From positions 27,329 through 91,328 of the forward strand of contig JAMHWA010000022.1 in the NCBI GenBank assembly GCA_035911175.1: a stretch of 64,000 bases of DNA, in the 5' to 3' direction. The first letter of the stretch is position 1, and each line of letters starts with the position of its first letter. The DNA is from Alphaproteobacteria bacterium. Its GTDB lineage: Bacteria; Pseudomonadota; Alphaproteobacteria; Rickettsiales; UBA3002. Position numbers and translations under genes: made by a program. Shown one piece after another: positions 1 through 11,190 of the stretch. The notes beneath the pieces were generated by a model that was not told the DNA's origin, ran no database searches, and saw nothing but the letters and a program-made list of their open reading frames with translations.

Positions 1-52
1 CGGTCTGTTGGTAGAAACATCGCTCATACGCTAGGGGCTATTGCGGGTTGGC

Positions 53-86
53 CAAAACGTAAACACCCCGCATTGCTGCGGGGTGT
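53..86 (-). terminator. Rho-independent terminator downstream of rpmE
   Basis: 9-bp GC-rich stem ACACCCCGC/GCGGGGTGT (63-71/78-86) with a 6-nt loop. On the minus strand it is followed by TTTACGTTTTGG. Confidence 0.7.
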
Positions 87-111
87 GTATTCGTCGACTG
101 AGCTGGCGTGC

Positions 112-381
112 TTAGGCAGCGCTCTCGTCTTTTTTAGCAGTATCGCCACCTGGGGCTTTGTTGATGGAGGAAATGCCACCGAAGCGGTTGGCAAATTTCT
201 CCATACGGCCGGTTTGGCGCAGGTTCACGCCGCCAACCCATGCTGGGTGGGTTTTAGGATCCACATCGAGGGTGAGAACATCGCCCTCTTTGCCCCACGT
301 GGAGCGTGTTTCGTAACGGGAACCATCGGTCATCACAACGGTGATGGTGTGGTAGTCTGGGTGAATGCCTGCTTTAGCCAT
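112..381 (-). CDS. rpmE: 50S ribosomal protein L31 (Cys-less form)
   Basis: The internal Met gives [11 protein letters not shown], the canonical L31 N-terminus. GGAGA lies 5 nt upstream of the ATG at 381. There are no CxxC zinc motifs. Confidence 0.93.
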   Translation of the reverse strand: MAKAGIHPDYHTITVVMTDGSRYETRSTWGKEGDVLTLDVDPKTHPAWVGGVNLRQTGRMEKFANRFGGISSINKAPGGDTAKKDESAA

Positions 382-584
382 GTGAATCTCCATAAGCGCC
401 CCGCCGATTTTGCAGCGGAACTTTGATTAGGGGCGGGTTAATACTCGCTTGCGTAGAAGGACGCAAGCGCAAATTTAGGGTTACACTTGCGTTCAAGCGC
501 CACTCAGGCTTTCGGCCTCAATGGCGGTGTCGTTTTGTGATGCCTATGCTCGCAAAACTCCGCTAACGCTTGCTTATCATGGGG

Positions 585-1370
585 TTAATGCCCCAGCGGC
601 CCATTACCCTTACCAAAGTTGGGTGCGTTACGAATGGCCGCCTGCACATAGGCATGCGCCCTGTGGGCAGAATCATTAAGCAATTGTTTTTGCGCTAGTA
701 ATGTGGCGATGGCTGAGGCGAAGGTGCAGCCCGTGCCATGGGTGTTGGTGGTGGCAATGCGAGGGGTGGAAAGGGTGAGTGGGGCGCCGTTATGGCTCAC
801 CAGCACATCGGTCAGTATGTCGCCCGAGCCATGGCCGCCTTTGAGCAGCACCGCGTTGCACCCTAACTTCAACAGTTCCTCCGCGGCGCGGGTCATGTCG
901 GCAATGCTCTCGCCAATCGCGTGGCCGAGCAGCAGCTCCGCCTCAGGCAAATTGGGGGTGATGATGGAGGCAGCGGGAATCAGCAGGGTTTTGAGCGCAT
1001 CGAGTGCTGCCGCCTCCAGCAACGGCGCGCCACCCTTGGCGACCATGACAGGATCGACGACGAGTGGGGTGGGGTGCGTGGGCAGCGCCTTTACCACGGT
1101 TTCTATCACGCTCGCGGAATGCAGCATGCCGGTTTTAATCGCATCTGCACCGATATCGCTCAGGCACAGGTCAATCTGCTGCGCAATAAATGTTTCGGGG
1201 ACGGGGTGAATGCCAAACACGCCGAGCGTGTTCTGGGCAGTGAGCGCCGTGATGGCGGTCATCGCATAACCGCCCAGTGCCGAAACGGTTTTGATATCAC
1301 CTTGGATGCCTGCACCACCACCCGAATCCGAGCCCGCGATGATAAGCACACGCCCGTGGGGAGTGGGCAT
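585..1370 (-). CDS. thiD: Hydroxymethylpyrimidine/phosphomethylpyrimidine kinase
   Basis: N-terminus VLIIAGSDSGGGAGIQGDIKT and a C-terminal HGTGCTFASAIA motif are typical of ThiD. The ATG overlaps the glmM stop (TAATG). Confidence 0.9.
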   Translation of the reverse strand: MPTPHGRVLIIAGSDSGGGAGIQGDIKTVSALGGYAMTAITALTAQNTLGVFGIHPVPETFIAQQIDLCLSDIGADAIKTGMLHSASVIETVVKALPTHPTPLVVDPVMVAKGGAPLLEAAALDALKTLLIPAASIITPNLPEAELLLGHAIGESIADMTRAAEELLKLGCNAVLLKGGHGSGDILTDVLVSHNGAPLTLSTPRIATTNTHGTGCTFASAIATLLAQKQLLNDSAHRAHAYVQAAIRNAPNFGKGNGPLGH

Positions 1371-2722
1371 TACGCCGCCGCCTTTTGCATCATGAGGCTA
1401 GCCAAATCTTCGGCCATCGCTTCAATCTGCTCGCGCTTCTCGCCCTCGATCATGATCCGAATCAGTGGTTCGGTGCCCGAAGGGCGAACAACAATACGGC
1501 CATCCTTGCCCAGTTTTTTCTCGGCGGACGCAATGGCCGATTTTACATCATCACGCGTGAGTGGCGAGGTGCCGCTGTATTTCACGTTCTTCAAAAGCTG
1601 CGGTACAGGCTCGAACATGTGCATCGCCTCGCTCGTGGCCTTGCCCGATTCAATGACGGCAGCGAGGATTTGTAGACCCGCAATCAGCGCGTCGCCCGTC
1701 GTCGAATAATCACCTAAAATAAGATGTCCCGATTGCTCGCCACCGATGTTGAGGCCATGTTCCTTCATCGCTTCCATCACATAGCGGTCGCCGACTTTAG
1801 TGCGGTGGAGGTTGATGTTGCGGGCGCGCAGAAAATGCTCAAGACCGAGATTGCTCATCAGCGTGGCGGCAATCCCGCCGCCTTTCAAGGTGCCGGAGCG
1901 GTTCGCATAATCGGCAATCATCGCCATCAGCTGGTCGCCGTCTTTCACCTGCCCTTTTTCATCGACAATGGTGATGCGGTCAGCGTCGCCATCGAGCGCG
2001 ATGCCGATATGTGCACCCTCACGCAGCACCGCTTCGCACAGCGATTCAGGGTGGGTAGAGCCACATTGTTTATTGATGTTGGTACCGTTGGGTGCGACAT
2101 GGATGGACACCACTTCCGCGCCCAATTCCCAGAGGATAATGGGGCCAACCTGATAGCCTGCGCCGTTCGCGCAATCGATGACGATTTTCATGCCATCAAG
2201 CCGCAAATGTTTGGGGAAGGTGGATTTGACGAATTCGATATAGCGCCCTGGAGCATCATCCAGCCGTTTCGCGCGGCCGACTTTTTCAGGGTCGGCATAG
2301 AGCGTGCTCATGTCGTCATCCATGTGCGATTCAATCGCGAGCTCGACCTCATCCGAAAGCTTATACCCATCGGGGCCGAACAGCTTGAGGCCATTATCCT
2401 GATAGGGGTTGTGGGAGGCGGAAATCATTACCCCCAAATCGGCGCGCATGGCGCGGGCAAGGAAGGCCACAGCGGGGGTGGGCATCGGCCCCACCAACAA
2501 TACATCCATGCCCATACTCAGGAATCCGCTCGTCAGGGCGTTCTCGATCATATAGCCGCTCAGGCGCGTATCTTTCGCGATCACCACGCGGTGGCGGTGG
2601 CCGCCTTTGGTGAAATAATGTCCTGCGGCCATGCCTAGGCGCTGGGCGATATCCGCCGTCATGGGAAAGCGGTTCGCGGTGCCTCGAATGCCATCGGTGC
2701 CAAAATATTTGCGTGTCGTCAT
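1370..2722 (-). CDS. glmM: Phosphoglucosamine mutase
   Basis: [11 protein letters not shown]-terminus and phosphoserine loop [11 protein letters not shown]. Start placed at MTTRKYFG (ATG at 2722) rather than the longer ORF. Confidence 0.95.
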   Translation of the reverse strand: MTTRKYFGTDGIRGTANRFPMTADIAQRLGMAAGHYFTKGGHRHRVVIAKDTRLSGYMIENALTSGFLSMGMDVLLVGPMPTPAVAFLARAMRADLGVMISASHNPYQDNGLKLFGPDGYKLSDEVELAIESHMDDDMSTLYADPEKVGRAKRLDDAPGRYIEFVKSTFPKHLRLDGMKIVIDCANGAGYQVGPIILWELGAEVVSIHVAPNGTNINKQCGSTHPESLCEAVLREGAHIGIALDGDADRITIVDEKGQVKDGDQLMAMIADYANRSGTLKGGGIAATLMSNLGLEHFLRARNINLHRTKVGDRYVMEAMKEHGLNIGGEQSGHLILGDYSTTGDALIAGLQILAAVIESGKATSEAMHMFEPVPQLLKNVKYSGTSPLTRDDVKSAIASAEKKLGKDGRIVVRPSGTEPLIRIMIEGEKREQIEAMAEDLASLMMQKAAA

Positions 2723-2788
2723 GCTGCTATTCCTAGCGCGAACGCACTGCCCGTGCAATGAAATGAATCGTTAGATTTTGTGAGCAGT

Positions 2789-4726
2789 CTAATGAATCGT
2801 GTCGCTATCACCATTCTCAGCCGCAACATCCGCCTTCTTTCCGCTCGGCAATTTGCTGCGGATGGGTTTGGGGGCAGTGGCAGCAGGGTCAGGGCGGTTG
2901 ATTTTCTCGCCGTTCATGAGCGCCTTGATTTCATCGCCCGTGAGTGTTTCATATTCAATCAACGCCTTGGCGACTACTTCTAGCTGGTTATGGTGCGTGG
3001 TGAGGATACGGGTAGCTTCCTTGTGCGCCTCGTTCACGATACGTTTGATTTCCTCGTCCACTTTCGCAATCGCATCCGGCGAGCGGATGAGGGCGCTGTT
3101 GGTGTCCTCGGTGGGGGCAAACAAAATGGGCCCCAGCGTATCACTCATACCCCATTGCGTCACCATGGCATTGGCAAGGCGCGTGGCGTATTGAATATCC
3201 GAGCTTGCGCCGCTCGATACTTTCTCGTGGCCGAAAATAATTTCCTCTGCCGCGCGGCCACCCATCGATACGGCAAGGTCTGCCAACATTTTATCGCGTA
3301 GGTAGGAGATTTTATCTGCCTCGGGCAAGCGCATCACCATGCCCAGCGCACGTCCACGGGGGATGATGGTGGCTTTGTGAATCGGGTCGCTCGCGGGGCA
3401 ATGGATGCTGACGACCGCGTGGCCTGCCTCGTGATACGCCGTCATCTTTTTCTCTTGCTCGCTCATCACCATGGATTTGCGCTCAACGCCCATCATCACC
3501 TTGTCTTTCGCAGCTTCAAGCTCGCGCATGGTGACGACTTTTTTATCCTGCCGTGCCGCAAGTAGCGCCGCCTCGTTCACAAGGTTCGCCAAATCCGCAC
3601 CCGAAAAACCTGGGGTGCCGCGTGCAATAATGCGCGCATCAACATCTGGGCCCATCGGCACTTTTTTGAGGTGTACGCCGAGGATTTTGGTGCGCCCTTC
3701 AATATCGGGATTGGGCACGGTAATTTGACGATCAAACCGGCCTGGGCGCAGCAACGCAGCATCCAGCACATCGGGGCGGTTGGTGGCAGCGATGAGGATG
3801 ACGGACTGGTTCGCCTCGAACCCATCCATTTCCACCAGCAGTTGGTTCAGCGTTTGTTCGCGTTCGTCGTTCCCGCCGCCAATGCCTGCGCCGCGCTGGC
3901 GACCCACGGCATCGATCTCGTCGATAAAGATAATGCAGGGCGCATTTTTTTTGCCCTGCTCGAACATGTCGCGCACGCGGCTTGCGCCCACGCCCACAAA
4001 CATTTCCACGAAGTCCGACCCTGAAATGCTGAAAAATGGTACGCCAGCCTCGCCCGCAATGGCGCGCGCGAGCAGAGTTTTACCCGTACCCGGAGGGCCA
4101 ACGAGCAAGCAGCCGCGCGGAATTTTTCCACCGAGTTTTTGAAATTTACTTGGGTTCTTCAGGAACTCAACAATTTCTTCCAGTTCCTCTTTGGCTTCGT
4201 CAATGCCCGCCACATCGGAGAACATTTTTTTCTCGTGATTTTCGTTGAGGAGTTTCGCACGGCTTTTACCAAAGCCCATGGCGCCACCGCCACCGCCACC
4301 TTTACCCTGCATTTGGCGCATGAAGAAAATATAGACGCCAATGAGGATAAGGAAGGGCAGCCATGAAGAGAGAAAAATGCTCAAGAAAGAATCTGCGCCC
4401 GATGTAGAGGGAGCCGCGGCAAGCTTCACGTTATTGGCGCGTAGCGTCTCCACAAGGCGAGGGTCGTTTACGGCTTGCAATGCAAAAGCTTCACCACTGA
4501 TGAAGTTACCCTGAATTTTGGTTCCGCCCTCGACGCTTTCGCGGATAATTACTTCACGTACTTGCCCAGCTTCTACCTTGTTGAGGAAATCTGAGTAGGC
4601 AAGACGTCCGCTGCCTTTTTCGCCTGCGCCATCGCCATCAAGTCCACCTTGGGTGAGGTTAACGAGCAGCAATACGGCGACCATGATGCCGATCCACAGC
4701 AAAATATTCTTCGAAATTGGCGGCAT
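2789..4726 (-). CDS. ftsH: ATP-dependent zinc metalloprotease FtsH
   Basis: N-terminal TM segments, Walker A GPPGTGKT, second region of homology, zinc site HEAGHA. Confidence 0.97.
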   Translation of the reverse strand: MPPISKNILLWIGIMVAVLLLVNLTQGGLDGDGAGEKGSGRLAYSDFLNKVEAGQVREVIIRESVEGGTKIQGNFISGEAFALQAVNDPRLVETLRANNVKLAAAPSTSGADSFLSIFLSSWLPFLILIGVYIFFMRQMQGKGGGGGGAMGFGKSRAKLLNENHEKKMFSDVAGIDEAKEELEEIVEFLKNPSKFQKLGGKIPRGCLLVGPPGTGKTLLARAIAGEAGVPFFSISGSDFVEMFVGVGASRVRDMFEQGKKNAPCIIFIDEIDAVGRQRGAGIGGGNDEREQTLNQLLVEMDGFEANQSVILIAATNRPDVLDAALLRPGRFDRQITVPNPDIEGRTKILGVHLKKVPMGPDVDARIIARGTPGFSGADLANLVNEAALLAARQDKKVVTMRELEAAKDKVMMGVERKSMVMSEQEKKMTAYHEAGHAVVSIHCPASDPIHKATIIPRGRALGMVMRLPEADKISYLRDKMLADLAVSMGGRAAEEIIFGHEKVSSGASSDIQYATRLANAMVTQWGMSDTLGPILFAPTEDTNSALIRSPDAIAKVDEEIKRIVNEAHKEATRILTTHHNQLEVVAKALIEYETLTGDEIKALMNGEKINRPDPAATAPKPIRSKLPSGKKADVAAENGDSDTIH

Positions 4727-4765
4727 AGGGATACATTCCGTTGGGGGTTATTCGTCAATGTTCAA

Positions 4766-6013
4766 TCACCAAAACGGCGCAGCGGCAAGGGGTTTTGCTG
4801 GCGTAAAGCCAATCGTCACCGCATGCAGTTGTTCTTGTGGCATTCCTATATGGGGCACGAATAGCAATTCATCAAGATGCCATAGGCTCGGAGTGCTTAA
4901 GGGGAGTCCGTGGTGCCTCAATTGTTTTTTGCCATCGGCGCCCAATGCGCGCAGGGTGAGAGAGGTGTGCGCAGGCAATCGGTGGTCGATGAAAAATCGT
5001 CCGTCCCAGCGTGCTTTACCTTCACCATGTAGGGTCATGGGGGCTTCCACTCGCGCCGTTTCGCGCGCAATGCGCAGGCAATCGCCCATGCGAGTGATTT
5101 CGCATTGGCCAAGGGTGCGCTTGCGCATGGTGGGTGACAATGCCGCTTCCACAAGGCGTGCCGTATCGTGCGCGCGTGGCCGATTGGTGTGGCCGCCAAT
5201 AGTGGTAATGCTATCCGCCAGTAATTGGCTGCGCAGCATAGGCTCGAGCATGTGCCACGCTTCGAAGTTGATATCCGCAAAGCCAAGCGGGCTGAGGGTG
5301 ACACATGCGGCAGCGGCATGGGCCAATGCCTCATCACGCGTGCGGCGGGCGGCGGTTTCGTGATGAATCACCGCATCAAGCTGCGCAACGCGTAGGGCAT
5401 CATTTTGCAAAGCATTGCGTGTGCGCACGCGGGCAAAGCGTGGGTTCTGGTTGCTGGGGTCATTGATCCACGGTGTGTCGTGCGTGCGCAAAAATTGTTC
5501 AAGCTCGGCGCGCTCGGTGGTCAGCAATGGGCGCAGAAAGCGCACCCCATGCAGCGCATGCACCGCCCGCATGCCCGAGGTGCCATCTGCCGTGTCGCCG
5601 CGCGCGATGTTATGCGCCACGGTCTCGCGGTTATCGCCCGCATTGTGAGCAATCAGGCAATGCAGTATTCCTTCTGCACGGCAAAAATCAGCCAGCGCAG
5701 CATAGCGCCATGCGCGTGCGGTTTCTTGCAAGTTATTGGAATGGGGGGTGTGTTCAGGGGTCAGAATGTGGTGCGCAATCCCGCGTGCGCGCATCCATCC
5801 AGCGACCTCTTCGGCTTCATGCCGTGACTCTGGGCGCAGTGCGTGGTCAACGGTGAGGGTGGTGATGCGACCACCGTGTGCACGCACCCAATCTTCGGCA
5901 AGCAGGGTGAGTGCCAGACTATCGGCGCCACCGGAAAGGGCGATGGCAAGGTGAGGGCGCGGTGCGAAGGGACCTAGAGCGCTAAGCGTGGCTGCAAAGC
6001 GCACTGCGAGCAT
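4766..6013 (-). CDS. tilS: tRNA(Ile)-lysidine synthase
   Basis: PP-loop SGGADS near the N-terminus, 415 aa, conserved position upstream of ftsH. The ATG overlaps the cpoB stop (TAATG). Confidence 0.9.
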   Translation of the reverse strand: MLAVRFAATLSALGPFAPRPHLAIALSGGADSLALTLLAEDWVRAHGGRITTLTVDHALRPESRHEAEEVAGWMRARGIAHHILTPEHTPHSNNLQETARAWRYAALADFCRAEGILHCLIAHNAGDNRETVAHNIARGDTADGTSGMRAVHALHGVRFLRPLLTTERAELEQFLRTHDTPWINDPSNQNPRFARVRTRNALQNDALRVAQLDAVIHHETAARRTRDEALAHAAAACVTLSPLGFADINFEAWHMLEPMLRSQLLADSITTIGGHTNRPRAHDTARLVEAALSPTMRKRTLGQCEITRMGDCLRIARETARVEAPMTLHGEGKARWDGRFFIDHRLPAHTSLTLRALGADGKKQLRHHGLPLSTPSLWHLDELLFVPHIGMPQEQLHAVTIGFTPAKPLAAAPFW

Positions 6014-6909
6014 TATTTACACTGCATGCTAATGGCGGCTTCTTGCGCTTTGGTGGCAGTGCGTGTGGCGGTCTCGGCGTATTTTTCGATGACACGTTCG
6101 AGCACCACGCAGGCTTCCTTTTTGCGCTTGATTTGGTTCAGCGACAAGGCAAGCTTATAGAGGTTATCTGGCGCTTTCTGCCCTTCTGCATTCACCTCGA
6201 AGCCTTTGCGGAAACTTTCCGTGGCGCGGGTAAAATCGCCGCGCGCATATTGGCTTTCACCCAACCAATAGAATGCATTGGCGGTCAGCGGATCGGCAGG
6301 ATATTTCTTCACGAAGCTATCAAAGCTCATCGCGCTTTCGGCAAATTTTTTCTCGTTCAGCAGTTTAAATGCATACGAGTAGTGGGCATTGGAATCAGGA
6401 AAGTCTTTGCCGGTGATGGCAGGGGTGACCTTGGGTTTTGCAGGGTCATTTTTCGCCGCAGCCTCAATAACGGCAGCAGGTTCAGGTTGCTCGGCTACTT
6501 CAGGCTCAGCAACAGGTGCTGCTGCGGGTGCAGGGGTGGCTAGGGCTTGTGTTTGTTTTTGCTCCAGCGCACGCAGGCGATAATCGACATCTTCCGATAA
6601 TTTTTTGAGGTCATTCGCGGTGCGCTTATTCTCGAACTGGCTGTTCTCGATCAAGCCACGAATTTGGCGTAATTCTTCATCGATCTGGCTTACGCGTACT
6701 TGGAGCTGGCCCGCATTCGCAGGTGCACCGCCACCAGCAGACCCAGTATTCCCGTTCTGCCCGTTGCTGCGATAGACTTGTTTTTGAACAAAGGTCACAT
6801 CGCGCTCGAGTCGTTCAAGGCGCTCATTCAAGGCGCCAAGGTCTTCCTGCGCGAAAGCAGCAGACGCCAAAAGGGTGAAGGGCAGAGCAAAGTACACAAA
6901 GCGACGCAT
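6013..6909 (-). CDS. cpoB: Tol-Pal system protein CpoB/YbgF
   Basis: Signal peptide MRRFVYFALPFTLLASAAFAQ, coiled-coil N-half, TPR-like C-half, located directly after pal. Start moved to the ATG at 6909, which has GGAG upstream. Confidence 0.88.
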   Translation of the reverse strand: MRRFVYFALPFTLLASAAFAQEDLGALNERLERLERDVTFVQKQVYRSNGQNGNTGSAGGGAPANAGQLQVRVSQIDEELRQIRGLIENSQFENKRTANDLKKLSEDVDYRLRALEQKQTQALATPAPAAAPVAEPEVAEQPEPAAVIEAAAKNDPAKPKVTPAITGKDFPDSNAHYSYAFKLLNEKKFAESAMSFDSFVKKYPADPLTANAFYWLGESQYARGDFTRATESFRKGFEVNAEGQKAPDNLYKLALSLNQIKRKKEACVVLERVIEKYAETATRTATKAQEAAISMQCK

Positions 6910-6972
6910 AGGAACTCCATTAATGAGGTTTCTCGCTAGCAAGTTTTTTCCCTGCGCACAAGCGTCAGCAAT

Positions 6973-7000
6973 AAAAAAGCCCGCCGATGACTCGGCGGGC
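6973..7000 (-). terminator. Rho-independent terminator downstream of pal
   Basis: Stem GCCCGCCGA/TCGGCGGGC with loop TGAC. The A6 run on the plus strand gives a T-tract on the minus transcript. Confidence 0.75.
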
Positions 7001-7027
7001 TTTAATATCAGTAGATAATGGAGCGAA

Positions 7028-7510
7028 CTAGTTCGCGATTACCGTCACCGCGCGGCGGTTCTGGCTCCATGCACCTTCGTCGTTGCCGCTTACAGCTGGA
7101 CGCTCTTTACCATACGAGATGGTCGAGATGCGGTTAGCTGCAACGCCTTGGCTAACGAGGTAGTTTTTAGCAGCGGTTGCACGACGCTCACCGAGTGCAA
7201 TGTTGAACTCGCGGGTGCCGCGCTCATCGGCGTGACCTTCGAGAACAACGTTCACGCTGTCATACTGCTTCAACCAGCCAGCTTGACGATCAAGCGCTGC
7301 TTGACCTTCAGCATCGATTACCGAGCTGTTGGTCGCGAAGTAAACGCGGTCCGTAACGTTCGTGCCGTCTGCGGCTTGGCCAAGAATGCCGTTGCCAGTG
7401 CCAGCGCCTTCGGCACCAACGCCGCCCATGCCGCCGTTGGCAGCCGTGTCGGATTCACAGGCCGTGAGAAGTAGTAGGGCCGTAGCCAGTGCCAATGCTG
7501 TTTTTTTCAT
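7028..7510 (-). CDS. pal: Peptidoglycan-associated lipoprotein Pal
   Basis: Lipobox LLLTAC, OmpA-like C-terminal domain (GHADERGTREFNIALGERRA), tol-pal context. Confidence 0.95.
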   Translation of the reverse strand: MKKTALALATALLLLTACESDTAANGGMGGVGAEGAGTGNGILGQAADGTNVTDRVYFATNSSVIDAEGQAALDRQAGWLKQYDSVNVVLEGHADERGTREFNIALGERRATAAKNYLVSQGVAANRISTISYGKERPAVSGNDEGAWSQNRRAVTVIAN

Positions 7511-7707
7511 GTGTAATCTCCTGAAGAATCAATATTTTTGCTGCTCACGCGCGAGCAGTTTGCTTGGGCTGTATGGCACAGAGCCTCGCGCATTACAAGG
7601 TGCGTTAGGGTAGCTGTAGCGACGAATTTGGCGAAAAACCAAATCTGTGGCAAGCTTGCAACAGTGCTCAAGAATATAGGCCATTCTTGGTGTAACGGGT
7701 AAGCGCC

Positions 7708-9024
7708 TTACATAGCCAGCAATGGGCTCCATGCGGGGTCACTTGCATCCGTTGGGGTGGGCAAGCGGCGCACATTGTGGCCGGTAATATCCACCGAATA
7801 GAGGCTGGAGCGGTTGCCCGCAGCACCACCAGGGGTTTCACGGCCAAATACAATCACGCGGCCGTTGGGCGCCCAACTTGGGCCTTCATCCATCCAGCTT
7901 TGGGTCAGCATGCGCTCGCCCGAACCATCGGGTTTCATCACGCCAATATAGAAACGCCCACCGGATTGTTTGGTGAAGGCAATCAAATCGCCACGCGGGC
8001 TCCACACGGGGGTGGAATATTGCCCCGAGCCAAAGCTGATGCGTTGGATGTTGCCGCCATTGGCATCCATCGTGTAAATTTGTTGGCTGCCACCACGGTC
8101 GGAGTTGAAGGTGATGCGCGAGCCGTTGGGTTCGTAGCTTGGCGAGGTATCGATTGCACCACTGGATTGCGTCAAGCGGCGCAAATTGCGGCTGCGCAAA
8201 TCCATTTCATAGATGCTCGTCACGCCGCCATTGGCAATGCTCATCAGCATGCGCGAGCCATCGTGGTTGAAGCGCGGCGCGAAGCTCATACCGTTAAATT
8301 TGCCCATGGACTCCTCGCGGCCCGTTTGCAAATCACGGAGGAATACACGCGGCTGGTTGCCTGAGTAGGACATGTAGAGAATGCTTTGCGTGTTGGGCGA
8401 GAAGCGCGGGGTGAGCACCAGCGCGCGGCCATCGGTCAGGTATTTGTGGTTCGCGCCGTCTTGATCCATGATTGCCAAGCGCTTCACGCGTTTTTTGGCA
8501 GGTCCCGTTTCCGATACATACACAATGCGCGTATCGAAATAGCCTTGTTCTCCCGTCAGGCGTTTGTAAATTTCATCCGAAATGAGGTGCGAAACGCGAC
8601 GCCAGTTGCGCGCGAAGGTGTTATATTCTTTGCCCGCAATTTGTTGTTGGCTCAGCGCATCCCACAAACGGAAGCTAATGCGCACTTTGTCGCCACCCGT
8701 TGGGGTAATGGTGCCCGTTACAATCGCATTCGCGTTAATCTGGCGCCAATCGGCATAGCGTGGCACAGCATCACCGTTGGTGATTTGCTCGATAAATGCT
8801 TGGCTGCTAATGGGTTTAAACAGGCCCGAACGCTCCAAATCTGCGGCAATAACGCCACTGATATCGGCACCGCTAGCGCCGCCTGCGCCAGCGCCCGTCA
8901 TGGTCGTCACCGCGATGGGCATAGGGTCGACATTACCTTTAGTGATGTCGATCTTCAGCTGTGCGTTAGCAGAGGCAGCAAAGAGAACCGTGGCGATGAA
9001 ACTGATGATGTGCGAGTGGCGCAT
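7708..9024 (-). CDS. tolB: Tol-Pal system beta-propeller protein TolB
   Basis: Signal peptide, 438 aa, repeated propeller blades (P.WSPDG-like motifs), located between tolA and pal. Confidence 0.95.
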   Translation of the reverse strand: MRHSHIISFIATVLFAASANAQLKIDITKGNVDPMPIAVTTMTGAGAGGASGADISGVIAADLERSGLFKPISSQAFIEQITNGDAVPRYADWRQINANAIVTGTITPTGGDKVRISFRLWDALSQQQIAGKEYNTFARNWRRVSHLISDEIYKRLTGEQGYFDTRIVYVSETGPAKKRVKRLAIMDQDGANHKYLTDGRALVLTPRFSPNTQSILYMSYSGNQPRVFLRDLQTGREESMGKFNGMSFAPRFNHDGSRMLMSIANGGVTSIYEMDLRSRNLRRLTQSSGAIDTSPSYEPNGSRITFNSDRGGSQQIYTMDANGGNIQRISFGSGQYSTPVWSPRGDLIAFTKQSGGRFYIGVMKPDGSGERMLTQSWMDEGPSWAPNGRVIVFGRETPGGAAGNRSSLYSVDITGHNVRRLPTPTDASDPAWSPLLAM

Positions 9025-9094
9025 AAAATATCCCGTCAGAAAAATTTAAGAAGCTACGCATAGCGTGGTGCGGATAAAATTTCTATAGTCAAAT

Positions 9095-9901
9095 TTACAA
9101 CATATCCTGTGGGTCGAAATTCAGCTCCATATCCTTCCAACTACCATATTTATCGGGCGGCAGGTTTTTAAGCGGGCTGCATTTATGCACGGCGCGGATG
9201 GCACTGTCCGCCGCCGCGCGGAAGAATGTATCGGAGTTATAGCGACCTTGTTGGCCATTGGCGAGGGTGGCAGTCAGCACGCTACCATCGGCCTGCAACT
9301 GCACGCGCACGCGCACGGCGAGGGTGTGTGCATCTTTTGCACCAGCAGGCATGCTCCAGCACACCAAGAACTGGCTGCGGATGGTGTCTTTCTCGCTGAT
9401 GGAAAGCGGCATGGAATCATCGTACGGTGCATCCGAGCGGGTTTTGTTTTCCTCGGCGTTGGTTTTGTCCTTAGCGTCTTTCGATTTATCGGTTTTCGCT
9501 TCTTGCTTCAGCTGGTTCAAGAGCGCCGCAAAATCATCCTTTTTCGATTCTTCTTTCTTTTGTTCCTTGGGCTTAGGCTTTTCAGGCTCCGCACCCTCAT
9601 CAGGATCAAACGTTTTCTCCTGCTCGACAGGTTTTGCTTCTTCCTTCGGTTTTTCCTGCGCGCTTGGGGTCACGGGCTTGGGGGTGACGGGGGTGGGCGC
9701 TTTTTTCTCTTCCTGAATTTGTTTTTCGGAAGGCTTCACATTCGTCACTTCGCCCACGGGCAATAGCTCGACGGTCATGACCAGTGGCATAGGCTCGGCA
9801 CGCGGCGGCAGCAGCACGGGAAGGCCGAACGCCGCAATCAGAACGGCTGCGGTGTGCAGCGCAATCGAGAGGCTAATACTGCGCGATTCAACCATCTGCA
9901 C
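9095..9901 (-). CDS. tolA: TolA-like cell envelope integrity protein
   Basis: One N-terminal TM helix, a long K/E/P-rich linker, a TonB/TolA-type C-terminal domain, located between tolR and tolB. Confidence 0.8.
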   Translation of the reverse strand: MQMVESRSISLSIALHTAAVLIAAFGLPVLLPPRAEPMPLVMTVELLPVGEVTNVKPSEKQIQEEKKAPTPVTPKPVTPSAQEKPKEEAKPVEQEKTFDPDEGAEPEKPKPKEQKKEESKKDDFAALLNQLKQEAKTDKSKDAKDKTNAEENKTRSDAPYDDSMPLSISEKDTIRSQFLVCWSMPAGAKDAHTLAVRVRVQLQADGSVLTATLANGQQGRYNSDTFFRAAADSAIRAVHKCSPLKNLPPDKYGSWKDMELNFDPQDML

Positions 9902-9916
9902 GTAGGCGTTCCTTCG

Positions 9917-10378
9917 TTAGCGCTTGGGGGCTTGTGGTGGCATATCCGTTAGCAGCGCGACCTTGCTATAGCCTGCCGCATTCACCTCGCCGATGACTTT
10001 CATCACCTGCCCATAATCGATGCTGGTATCGCCACGCACAAAAATACGCGTCTCTTTTTTCTCGCCCAGAATGGCTTGCAGCTTGCTGCCTAGGCTATCG
10101 AGTTTAGTTTGCGTGGTTTGAATATAAATCGTGCCGTCACGTTTAATGGTGATGCTTACGGGCTCATCATTCCCAGGAACGGCGGAGGATTTAGTTTTAG
10201 GCAAATTCACCGTTACGCCCGTGGTCATCATCGGTGCGGCAACCATGAAGATGATGAGCAGCACGAGCATTACATCCACAAATGGGGTGATGTTGATTTC
10301 GTTGAAGCCGCCTGCGCTGCGTGTCGTGCGGCCACGGCGATGGCCAATGCCACCTGTGCCTGGAAGATTCGCGCCCAT
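9917..10378 (-). CDS. tolR: TolR (ExbD/TolR family)
   Basis: 153 aa with a single TM (INITPFVDVMLVLLIIFMV), the typical ExbD/TolR signature. Its start overlaps the tolQ stop. Confidence 0.92.
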   Translation of the reverse strand: MGANLPGTGGIGHRRGRTTRSAGGFNEINITPFVDVMLVLLIIFMVAAPMMTTGVTVNLPKTKSSAVPGNDEPVSITIKRDGTIYIQTTQTKLDSLGSKLQAILGEKKETRIFVRGDTSIDYGQVMKVIGEVNAAGYSKVALLTDMPPQAPKR

Positions 10379-11166
10379 TAGTGTGCACCCTTATCGAGTT
10401 GGCGCGACAGCAGCATTTGGAATTCGGTGGAGAAATCCTCGAGCTTGCTGGCGAGGCGGTTCAGCTCGCCATTGAATTTGTTGAAGGCCATCACTGCGGG
10501 AATGGCCACGAACAAGCCAATGGCGGTGGCAAACAGCGCCTCCGCAATCCCTGGGGCAACCACTGCTAGGCTGGTGTTTTGCGAACCAGCAATCGCGCGG
10601 AAGGAGTTGATGATACCAATACAGGTGCCAAGCAGCCCGATGAATGGCGTAGCTGAGCCAGCGGTGGCCAAAAAGCCCAAGCCTTTTTCCAAACGCTCCA
10701 TCTCGCGGTTACGGGTGATGGCCATTTGCTGCATGATGCGCTCTTTCACCGAGATGGTGAGGTCACTCCCGCTGCGCGAGGAGCCGCTTGGTACTAGGCG
10801 CTCTTGCCCTTTGCTGCGGAACCATTCTTCCATCGCCGCCGAAAACATCAGCGAAAGCGGGTGCTTGGATTTGCGCTTCTTGATTTTCTCGTAATATTTG
10901 TCGAGTGCTTCGGTCGACCAGAACTCGTTCTCGAATTGGTTGGTTTTCTCGTTCACGCTGCGCAGCGCCAAGAATTTCTCGATGATGATGGCCCAGCACG
11001 TAACCGACATACCAATCATCAAGAGCATGATGACAAGCACCAGCGGCTCGGCGTTGATAATCAGGTCGAGCAAGCCCATGCTGTGGCCACCAGGGGCAGC
11101 GCCCGCAACGGTTCCAGCAACTTCGGCGGCGTTCACGCCCTCAACAGGTGCAGCGGTGGATGCCAT
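10378..11166 (-). CDS. tolQ: TolQ (MotA/TolQ/ExbB proton channel)
   Basis: Three TM segments and a conserved C-terminal LGTCIGI...AVVAPGIAEALFATAIGL motif. Confidence 0.93.
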   Translation of the reverse strand: MASTAAPVEGVNAAEVAGTVAGAAPGGHSMGLLDLIINAEPLVLVIMLLMIGMSVTCWAIIIEKFLALRSVNEKTNQFENEFWSTEALDKYYEKIKKRKSKHPLSLMFSAAMEEWFRSKGQERLVPSGSSRSGSDLTISVKERIMQQMAITRNREMERLEKGLGFLATAGSATPFIGLLGTCIGIINSFRAIAGSQNTSLAVVAPGIAEALFATAIGLFVAIPAVMAFNKFNGELNRLASKLEDFSTEFQMLLSRQLDKGAH

Positions 11167-11190
11167 AAAAACTCCGTAGTGATGTAAATG

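Noticed and set aside
921-2638. Long plus-strand ORFs (921-1709, 1724-2638) opposite thiD/glmM. Similar antisense ORFs occur at 7777-8364, 8386-9063, 13720-14604, 18376-19026, 24506-25510, 33868-34908, 37888-39285, 40306-41031, 42865-43569, 52914-53459, 56195-57445 and 62663-63592.
   Set aside because: They lie antisense to genes with strong family signatures and have Arg/Ala/Gly/His-rich, low-complexity compositions typical of shadow ORFs in GC-rich DNA. They carry no recognisable motifs or RBS.
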